DNA of 64,000 nucleotides. Source: Pseudobdellovibrionaceae bacterium. Lineage in GTDB: Bacteria; Bdellovibrionota; Bdellovibrionia; Bdellovibrionales; UBA1609. The translations under genes and the position numbers were made by a program. Shown here one piece after another: positions 57,373-64,000 of this stretch; the first letter of the stretch is position 1, and each line of letters opens with the position of its first letter. The DNA lies in contig JACKAM010000002.1 of NCBI GenBank assembly GCA_020635075.1, positions 199,802 through 263,801 on the forward strand. The letters are read 5' to 3'. Below the pieces are notes generated by a model that was not told where the DNA came from, made no database searches, and worked only from the letters and a program-made list of their open reading frames with translations.

Positions 57373-57995
57373 TTAATGAGCTCCCTCAGTGTTTTAATAA
57401 TAAAAAAGTCCTGATCCGAAATCTCCTCTGGGCCACCAGAGTCCATAGGATCAAATATGCGCCAGTTAACCGGAACCTCATTGAGCCACAACAAAGGCTT
57501 CTGACCCATGGAACTGAAGCTGGGATGAGAGGCCAACTGCAACCGAAAACCGCTGAGCGTTCGACCAAGGAGTTGCTCCCTGATTTTTTCGTACCACGCT
57601 AAATTCAAATCAACCGAGGCTGGATGACTGAGGATCGAATACCTGGCCGCTAACAATCTCTGAACTGAGTGATCCTCGGTGATGGCACTCTCGTCGTTGC
57701 CGGTCAGAATAGGAGTATCAAACAATTCTAATGGAAAGAGCTTTTCGGCAAACTGCCGACAGCGCTCACTTTGTTCAAATATTACTATCTGCTTTGTAGG
57801 ATAACGCTTTCTCAGCAGAGCCACGTGATAACCAGCCCCGAGACCAAGAATAACCAACCCCTTGCTTTTTGTAATCTGGTCACGATGTCCGGCCAACCAA
57901 CGTTCGGCCTCGACTTTGGGATCTATCCGGGAGCAAAGGTACTTCTCACCGATCCGCAGAACCCGGTCACCAGACTTGGCGTAGAGCTCTTCCAT
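57369..57995 (-). CDS. hypothetical protein resembling the N-terminal region of Maf-type motility accessory factors
   Basis: YLCSRIDPKVEAERWL followed by VILGLGAGYHVALL matches my recollection of the Maf/DUF115-protein N-terminus. No DUF115 catalytic part is present. Tentative. Confidence 0.45.
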   Translation of the reverse strand: MEELYAKSGDRVLRIGEKYLCSRIDPKVEAERWLAGHRDQITKSKGLVILGLGAGYHVALLRKRYPTKQIVIFEQSERCRQFAEKLFPLELFDTPILTGNDESAITEDHSVQRLLAARYSILSHPASVDLNLAWYEKIREQLLGRTLSGFRLQLASHPSFSSMGQKPLLWLNEVPVNWRIFDPMDSGGPEEISDQDFFIIKTLRELIK

Positions 57996-57999
57996 GAAT

Positions 58000-59097
58000 T
58001 CAGTTAAACCTTTCTTTTTGCCTCTTTAACTCTCCATCCACCATGCTCTTGAGAGTCAGGGCCTGGGACGAAGTTGGTTCAAGGAGCAAAGTTCTTTCTA
58101 ATTCAATCGAAGCCTGGCGAAAACGGCCGGAACTATATAGAAGCTTCGCCAGAGTTAAGCTTTTGGCTGCGTCCTGATCACGGCGCTGAAGATAGTTCTC
58201 CAGTCGATCAATGAGCTGAGCCATCCGGCCATCCTTAAGTGCCCATTCAATGGCCAGATTCAAGGCCGTTTCATTCTCCGGATTTAGGTCCATGGATCTT
58301 TCCAAATTACCCCAACTCAACTCCAGGTCGCCAAACTGACGGTGAACTAAAGCCAACCCCACCCAAGCCTTGTCACTGGCCGGGTTCAATTCCACTGCCT
58401 GACGAAAACGGGAAACGGCCCGTTCCAGGTCCCCCCGTTGAATCTCTAAAGTTCCGTAGTTCACCAGCAAGGTGTCGGAATGAGGATTGAGAGTGTAGGC
58501 CCGATTGTAGTTTTCTTCGGCTGACTCGTAATCGCCTGAACGTACCTGAATGTTGCCCACATTTTTGAAGATCTCAAACAGCTCAGGCTCCTCACCACGC
58601 AGCCCCTCTAAGGCCTGAAAGTAGTGATTGAGGGCCTCTTCGTCTTGTCCCATCTCATAATAGACCTCGGCGGCCCTGAGGTGATTCTCTGTGTTCTCTT
58701 CGATTCGCAGCAGCTCCGAATAGCATCGGGCGGCCTCATCCAAGTGCCCTTCACCTTTGAGGGCATCACCCATCCACTTGATTGCCAGTTTGTGCCTGGA
58801 GTTTTTGGCCAATACTTTGCGCAACAAACTTTGAACCAGACGATACTCGCGGGCCTGAAGAAGAATTTTTGCATTATTAAGGAGCTCGGGCTCCTGGCAG
58901 CTCTGCGCATCGGAAGGGGCAGCAACGGGGGGACTCTCCTGCTCCCTGTCAAAGGCCTCAACTGCCTCAACGGACCGAGTGATCGGAAGAGCTCGCATCT
59001 TTTCCTCTTTAATGGGAAACCGCTGGACCTCGTCAGTCGATTGTTCGTTCTTGATTGAAAATGATCGTGAATGACGTTCGGACTCAAGTCTAGACAT
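58000..59097 (-). CDS. TPR-repeat protein
   Basis: At least 7 TPR-like units (AxxYYxxGxxxEAxxxF pattern). ATG 59097 follows GGTGGAGGG. Confidence 0.7.
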   Translation of the reverse strand: MSRLESERHSRSFSIKNEQSTDEVQRFPIKEEKMRALPITRSVEAVEAFDREQESPPVAAPSDAQSCQEPELLNNAKILLQAREYRLVQSLLRKVLAKNSRHKLAIKWMGDALKGEGHLDEAARCYSELLRIEENTENHLRAAEVYYEMGQDEEALNHYFQALEGLRGEEPELFEIFKNVGNIQVRSGDYESAEENYNRAYTLNPHSDTLLVNYGTLEIQRGDLERAVSRFRQAVELNPASDKAWVGLALVHRQFGDLELSWGNLERSMDLNPENETALNLAIEWALKDGRMAQLIDRLENYLQRRDQDAAKSLTLAKLLYSSGRFRQASIELERTLLLEPTSSQALTLKSMVDGELKRQKERFN

Positions 59098-59299
59098 GGG
59101 AAATCCCTCCACCAATTGAAGGGAGCAACTCCAGTGCCATCGCCAGGAACCAATTCAGGCCTAAGTGAAGTCAATTTGATGACGGAGATTTGACTCTTAC
59201 AATAAGAGAGCGTCAGGTTTTTGGCTGGGCTTATGAGTCAAACCCAGCCGTTTGGGGAAGATCAACTGAAGGAGTGCGCACGATTAATCAGTTTGCGGC

Positions 59300-59731
59300 C
59301 TATGCCTTTTCGTCCAACTGACTGGAACCACCACCAGAGTGATAACCCTTCATAGCCTTTCGCGCGGCACGAACACTCGAAAGTTCCTTGATGATTCCCG
59401 ACTTGGTCTTCTCAATGATCGAAAGAATCTGAAGATCCTGAGCCAGGATTCGGGTTACCAGTTCATTCTTGTAGGAGATGGCCTCTAGCATGAGCTTCTT
59501 GTCGCTGTCGGAAACGCCAACCTGTTCGATTGGTCCGGTATTGGACTCCTCAATCAACTTGTCAATCTTATGAATCATTTCAAGCAGAGACTCCCGGGAG
59601 TGATAAAAGCTCTCCAGATTGTCAAAGTTGCCCTCGGCAAAGTTGAGTAACTCGCACTCATTGAGGCGATAGAATTTCTCAAGATGACAGTTCTTATCTT
59701 CTAACAGATCGATGATTTCTTTCATACGCAA
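59300..59731 (-). CDS. small helical protein downstream of fliS (FliT/FlgN-like chaperone candidate)
   Basis: 143 aa, all-helical and acidic. Position after fliS is as for fliT in other fliDST loci. No sequence motif to confirm. Confidence 0.45.
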   Translation of the reverse strand: MRMKEIIDLLEDKNCHLEKFYRLNECELLNFAEGNFDNLESFYHSRESLLEMIHKIDKLIEESNTGPIEQVGVSDSDKKLMLEAISYKNELVTRILAQDLQILSIIEKTKSGIIKELSSVRAARKAMKGYHSGGGSSQLDEKA

Positions 59732-59748
59732 CCCTCCTTGGCAGTCCC

Positions 59749-60138
59749 CTACTTAACCTGTTCTTCCCTTTTTAATTTTTCAATGGCCTGTACCCAACCC
59801 TCGTGTAACGTCTGCAAGACTTTGAGAGCGTGATCCAGGTACTCGCGATTACCCGTAATATTGGCCTGTGTCAGCTGATCGGTGATGAACATATACAGCT
59901 GCTCCAAATTCTTGGCCACCTCTCCCCCAACTTCATGATTGAGGGTGTTGTTCAGCTCAATAACGATGTCGAAAGCCCGACCAATATTGGCACCCCGTTC
60001 GGCGATGTCCCTTTTGTCGATGGCAATCTGCGCCCTTTTGACGTACTTAATGGCTCCCTCGTACATCATCAAGAGAAGCTTTTCGCGGCTAGCACTTTCA
60101 ATAGATGTCTTTTTGTATTGCTGATAACCGTTCTTCAT
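59749..60138 (-). CDS. fliS: flagellin-specific chaperone FliS
   Basis: YQQYKKTSIESASREKLLLMMYEGAIKYVKRA...LYMFITDQL is canonical FliS. I prefer ATG 60138. Confidence 0.85.
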   Translation of the reverse strand: MKNGYQQYKKTSIESASREKLLLMMYEGAIKYVKRAQIAIDKRDIAERGANIGRAFDIVIELNNTLNHEVGGEVAKNLEQLYMFITDQLTQANITGNREYLDHALKVLQTLHEGWVQAIEKLKREEQVK

Positions 60139-60212
60139 TCTCGTCCAAGACCTTTCAACATATCCATTCATACCCATCGGTGTTTCATTACGAAACTTAA
60201 CTCAACTCAGAT

Positions 60213-61592
60213 CTAACCCCCGATTTTTAGACCAGCCCCGCCGGCACCCATGGCCGCCAACTGTCCACCCTGGGCCTTCAGTCGAGACATGGTCTCCTCC
60301 AGGTTGGCAAACTTTCGTCTAAGGTTGGCCTCTTTGCGCACTAACATTTTCTCTTTGTTTTCAATGTTTCCATCCACCCGGCGAATATTGTCCTGCAGTG
60401 ATTTCTTACGCAGAGCCAAAGGACCAAAGGTGGTGTTGGTAACTGATGTCAGGGTCGCCTTTAGGCTTGGAATGAACCCCACATTGAATCCATCTCCGGC
60501 AAAAAACTGCTGAACAGCTGCCGGGTCCTTGGCCAACACCATATTGAACTTGTCCTGATCGAACTTCAGCGTTCCGCTGCGGGTGAATTCAATGCCGATT
60601 TGATTAAGGCGGCGGATGGGCCCCTCAATTCCCACTTGGCTGTTTTGCACTAATCGACGCATGCGGTTTTCGATACCCCTGAGCAGACCATCACCGCCGA
60701 GAGTTTTCGTTGTATCTGTGTTGGCTTCCAATCTGTTTTGGGCCTGAATAAAAGAGAAAACCTCATTCATGGCCTTAACGAATTCGTCGACCTTGCCGGC
60801 CACCACTTCCTGATCCTCTTTAACGGTTACGTTAACTTGACGCCCGGGGGAGGCCTGCTTGATCTCCAAAGTCACGCCGGGGATGATATCGGTCACCGTG
60901 TTGTCGTCTATGGCAAACTCAAATCCGTCGACTTTGATCACACCGTTGCGCGCCTCGCGCTGGTCATCAAAGTACAAATCCTGATCGCCATCCAAAAAGT
61001 AAAGAGTGGGATACTGGATCTGATTATCTCCCCCGACACTGTCTCCGGAAATCATCAGGCGATAGGGATAATCGGGATCATTGCGGTCGTTGATCACTGC
61101 GGCTCTCACACCGACACCGGAACCATTAATGGCAGCTGCCGCCCCCTCAAGAGTGTTATTGGAGCCATTGATGTAGACTTCCTTGTCTCCATCGGGTGTC
61201 TCAAAGCGAAAGTAACCGACACCAATTTCGGTTCGATCCTTATCGGGAAATCCATTGGTCACAGCCGAAGCTTTTTGCGCTAACTCCATGACCTCGATAT
61301 TCCAGCTGCCACTAACGCTAGCTGATGGGTCCACTGAGCCCTGAATGATGTTAGGATCACCGGAAAGAACTTTGATGTCATTGAATCCGCGAGTAGAGGC
61401 CAGCGTACCAATGGAGGCATTGATCTTGGAGAGTTTCTCCTCCAGATCCGTGACCAAACCAAGACGAGTCTCAATCTTAGTCTTTTTCGCCTCTAGGTTT
61501 TTGATTGGAATGCGTTCTGCTTCCACCAATTGGTCCACCAAATTAGGTGGTAAACCAGAAGCCATTCCTCCAAACGTAATCGCCGGCACCAC
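60213..61592 (-). CDS. fliD: flagellar filament cap protein FliD
   Basis: The N-terminus ITFGGMASGLPPNLVDQLVEAERIPI and a C-terminal coiled region match FliD. Confidence 0.85.
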   Translation of the reverse strand: MVPAITFGGMASGLPPNLVDQLVEAERIPIKNLEAKKTKIETRLGLVTDLEEKLSKINASIGTLASTRGFNDIKVLSGDPNIIQGSVDPSASVSGSWNIEVMELAQKASAVTNGFPDKDRTEIGVGYFRFETPDGDKEVYINGSNNTLEGAAAAINGSGVGVRAAVINDRNDPDYPYRLMISGDSVGGDNQIQYPTLYFLDGDQDLYFDDQREARNGVIKVDGFEFAIDDNTVTDIIPGVTLEIKQASPGRQVNVTVKEDQEVVAGKVDEFVKAMNEVFSFIQAQNRLEANTDTTKTLGGDGLLRGIENRMRRLVQNSQVGIEGPIRRLNQIGIEFTRSGTLKFDQDKFNMVLAKDPAAVQQFFAGDGFNVGFIPSLKATLTSVTNTTFGPLALRKKSLQDNIRRVDGNIENKEKMLVRKEANLRRKFANLEETMSRLKAQGGQLAAMGAGGAGLKIGG

Positions 61593-61709
61593 AGTCCTCC
61601 TGACACGGGTGAACGAGCCGTTCTTTCATTATCACCTGGAACGAAGAAAAAATATGAGTCAATAATATGGCTTAGACTAATGGGCTAAAACCCGCTACCA
61701 GTCTGGGTT

Positions 61710-62081
61710 TCACATGGCTTTGTCAAGAATCTGACCGGTCTTTTTTTCCTGGTTTGCGAGAACTTGCCAGAGGTCTGCCTCGGTCAGGCGGCGAATGGTC
61801 TCGCCATTAGGACCTTCAAGCAGGACAATGGAAAAATTTTCCGACTTGACCAAACGAACACGTAGAGAACTGGCCGATAATCCAGGCAGCCCTTTGATTA
61901 TCTCCAGAGCCTTGGCCAACTCCTCGTCAGTCATTTGACGATGGGGATGCTCTTCCCCTCTCTCCTGACGACCATTTGGATCGCGGTCTCGACTTTCCTC
62001 CAGGACCATTTCTTTCGGTTGGTCCGTCTTGATGCGAGCATCGAGAGCAGAGATTGTTGGGAGGATAGATTTTATGTTCAT
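61710..62081 (-). CDS. flaG: FlaG-family flagellar protein
   Basis: 123 aa lying between fliC and fliD. The C-terminal VLLEGPNGETIRRLTEADLWQV resembles the FlaG core. Confidence 0.65.
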   Translation of the reverse strand: MNIKSILPTISALDARIKTDQPKEMVLEESRDRDPNGRQERGEEHPHRQMTDEELAKALEIIKGLPGLSASSLRVRLVKSENFSIVLLEGPNGETIRRLTEADLWQVLANQEKKTGQILDKAM

Positions 62082-62186
62082 ACGACCCCCCTATCGGCAC
62101 AACTGTGTCTCAAACTAAGGCTTTCAGGGCGATTTTGGCCCTTCGTCCCCTAACCGCTTTACTTTTGCTGCACCCAAATTAGGTAC

Positions 62187-62215
62187 CCCAGAGGGCAAAT
62201 GATCAGCCCTCTGGG
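62187..62215 (-). terminator. hairpin 2 downstream of fliC (10-bp stem)
   Basis: cccagagggc-aaatgatca-gccctctggg. No strong U tract. Confidence 0.35.
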
Positions 62216-62227
62216 TAGGTAAAGCAC

Positions 62228-62257
62228 CGGAAAGACCAAAGGAGTCCGGTCTTTCCG
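62228..62257 (-). terminator. hairpin 1 downstream of fliC (10-bp stem)
   Basis: cggaaagacc-aaaggagtcc-ggtctttccg lies 17 nt after the fliC stop. On the minus strand it is followed by gtgcttt. Confidence 0.4.
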
Positions 62258-62273
62258 CTTCTTATAGTCTCGA

Positions 62274-63107
62274 TTATCCAATCAATTTCAGTGCGGCTGC
62301 GGGCGTCTGATTGGCCTGTGCTAACACACCAATCGAGGCGTTCAACAGGATGTTGTTGCGCGAAAGTTCCGCAGAGGATTGCGCCACATCTGTGTCCCGA
62401 ATCCGCATATTTGCAGCCGAGAAGTTCTCAACCGCCACTCCCAGATTCTCAGTAGTCGAAATCAACCGGTTTTGAATGGCACCCAGATTTGCTCGGTGAC
62501 CATTCACTGTTCTTTGCGCTGTTTCCAACACTTCAAGAGCCTCACGGGCACCTGCTTTGTCGGAAAATTCAAAGCCATCCACTCCAAGTTCTGAAGTCGT
62601 GGCGACCTGCGCACTGGAATCAAAGTTGATTCTGTCCTGGAAGTCATCGTTACCAATGTCCACTTGAAAGGAGAATTCTTCTCCTGAACCATCCAATAAT
62701 TTAGTCGAGCCAAAGCGCGTGGACTCGGCGATACGCTGAATCTCAGCTTTGAGCTGCTGCACCTCTTTATCGATGAAACCTCTTTCTACGTCACCCACAG
62801 TATCGGATGCGGCCTGCACACCCAACTCCCGCATGCGAGTCAGGATATTGCTGATTTCACCCAATCCGCCCTCTGCCACTTGCACCATGGAAATACCATC
62901 GTTGGCATTGCGTTGAGCCTGGGTGTAGCCACGAATCGTGGACTTTAATGTTTCACTGATAGAGAGTCCGGCAGCATCGTCAGCTGCTTTTGTAATTCGG
63001 CTTCCACTCGCTAGTTGAGTGAAGCTCTTGTCCATTGCCCTCTGACTGCGCGACAGAGTGTTCTGTGCAGCAATAGAGGAGATATTAGTTGTTACCGTAA
63101 GTCCCAT
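62274..63107 (-). CDS. fliC: flagellin
   Basis: MGLTVTTNISSIAAQNTLSRSQ...LASGSRI N-terminus and C-terminal ...LLNASIGVLAQANQTPAAALKLIG. ATG 63107 follows AAGGAGG; the ORF-track start adds 13 residues. Confidence 0.9.
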   Translation of the reverse strand: MGLTVTTNISSIAAQNTLSRSQRAMDKSFTQLASGSRITKAADDAAGLSISETLKSTIRGYTQAQRNANDGISMVQVAEGGLGEISNILTRMRELGVQAASDTVGDVERGFIDKEVQQLKAEIQRIAESTRFGSTKLLDGSGEEFSFQVDIGNDDFQDRINFDSSAQVATTSELGVDGFEFSDKAGAREALEVLETAQRTVNGHRANLGAIQNRLISTTENLGVAVENFSAANMRIRDTDVAQSSAELSRNNILLNASIGVLAQANQTPAAALKLIG

Positions 63108-63606
63108 GACGGGCCTCCTTTTGTCACTGTGGGAATCCCTTCCCATTTCACCGGGGCTCTACCTACTGAGCACATCAGTGAAACCGGCCATTCCTTGGCC
63201 AATTGGTTGAACACGTTGGAGCAAAACCAGGTTTGCGATCTTTCTCAGACGAAGGTCCTGTCCGCAGTCACTCAGACAAGTCTTCTTGAAAGGTTTGCGA
63301 CCTTAGTACTGCTACCTGCTTGCTAATCCTTTCGGCCAGGTCTGGCTGCACTTGAGTCGAGTCCAGTAGAACTAGACCTAAGGCCGATGTGAACTAGACC
63401 TTGGTCATGATGAAAGAACCCAATGCGAATTAAGGAGGACTTAAGCTCTGCGGCGTCGAGCTCGACCCAGCCCCTGGTCCAACTGGAGTATAGCCCAGTT
63501 GATTGGGCGGCAAACCGCGTCGGGATAGGGCTTTGCCGGATCTCTTTGACAGATTTGCTGACCCGGGACATAAAAAATATCCAGGGATGTTGAGGGGGGT
63601 AGAGAT

Positions 63607-64000
63607 ATGGATATCTTGAGGCGAGTCCTATATATAAGCGCGTTTTTGTCACTGATTCTGTCTGGCCACCTGGCGGGAGCGGCACCAAAGGCACTTGTGG
63701 TTCTCATCCCGGGCTTTGGCAGCAGCATTCTCCATGAAATACCACCCCATGATCTTCCACCGGAGTCCGTGTCACCTTATTTTTCTGCCACTGTGGCGGG
63801 TACCATGATCGAGGCGGGCTATGATGTTCTCGCTCTCAAAGGCATGGGAAGTGCCGCTGATTTCGCAGTTAACGGTGGGCGGGCCATCAGCCAAATTAAT
63901 GAGTACATGCTTCGATACCAGGGCAACCCTCCTCCTGTTTATCTCCTTGGACACAGTATGGGAGGTCTACTGTCCCTTTATGTGACCAACGAAATTGGCT
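63607..64000 (+). CDS. secreted alpha/beta hydrolase (lipase/esterase-like); C-terminal part beyond window
   Basis: Absent from the ORF track (no stop in the window). My translation is MDILRRVLYISAFLSLILSGHLAGAAPKALVVLIPGFGSS...VYLLGHSMGGLLSLYV (GxSxG nucleophile elbow), with GAGGGGGG upstream. Confidence 0.7.
   Translation, partial: MDILRRVLYISAFLSLILSGHLAGAAPKALVVLIPGFGSSILHEIPPHDLPPESVSPYFSATVAGTMIEAGYDVLALKGMGSAADFAVNGGRAISQINEYMLRYQGNPPPVYLLGHSMGGLLSLYVTNEIG

Noticed and set aside
63108-63330. Sigma28 (TAAA-N15-GCCGATAA) promoter upstream of fliC
   Set aside because: The best candidate, tcaacc-N16-GCCGGTTT, matches the -10 poorly (5/8) and has no TAAA at the right distance. I could not support a call. 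A recurring tcgcaaacct motif (twice) was noted but is too short to interpret.
63323-63728. Minus-strand ORFs of 123 and 95 aa in the fliC-hydrolase gap
   Set aside because: They overlap the start and SD of the plus-strand alpha/beta hydrolase, have no SD or motifs, and show Arg/Ser/Pro-rich composition typical of antisense or off-frame translation.
1-64000. Mobile element, prophage, integron or defence-island boundaries
   Set aside because: I recognised no integrase, transposase, recombinase, cas, toxin-antitoxin or restriction-modification genes. I saw no full tRNA gene and no obvious compositional break. The window reads as core chromosome.

Overview
The window reads as chromosomal core sequence from a flagellated, Bdellovibrio-like bacterium. 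That identity is inferred from gene content and roughly 50% GC, not from any search. Coding density is high and I see no integrase, transposase, phage or cas genes.

Gene content in order:
- 1-8.7 kb: dcw cell-wall cluster on the minus strand (mraZ-rsmH-ftsL-ftsI-murE-murF-mraY-murD), with a phased GTGG operator upstream of mraZ.
- 11.8-17.3 kb: four-gene secreted module of planctomycete-type CxxCH, DUF1501-like and DUF1588-like proteins, function unknown.
- 17.7-30.2 kb: tdk, hpt, cell-wall remodelling enzymes, a peptide-binding protein, a diguanylate cyclase, an LspA fusion, an exonuclease and an orphan RND pump.
- 31-35.5 kb: motAB and dsbD.
- 37-50.7 kb: housekeeping genes (rluB, smpB, rsmA, tsaD, pal/cpoB, ssb, aspC-like, coaD, rsmD).
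- 50.7-53.4 kb: a PilZ-like / receiver / histidine kinase unit.
- 53.5-63.1 kb: a flagellar filament locus (fliC, flaG, fliD, fliS) linked to two long GT9 glycosyltransferase paralogues.

The most unusual signal is non-coding. The 895-bp gap between the convergent RND and motB genes (30159-31053) holds five copies of an ~80-nt core. Its internal hairpins change by compensatory substitutions between copies. Each full copy also sits inside its own long stem, and those stems are unrelated in sequence. This pattern suggests an undescribed structured RNA or DNA element family.

Other points worth a second look are a 107-bp near-perfect palindrome at 47686-47792, the four-gene secreted module, and the GT9 genes in the flagellar locus. 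All domain assignments come from motif recognition by eye and need HMM or BLAST confirmation.
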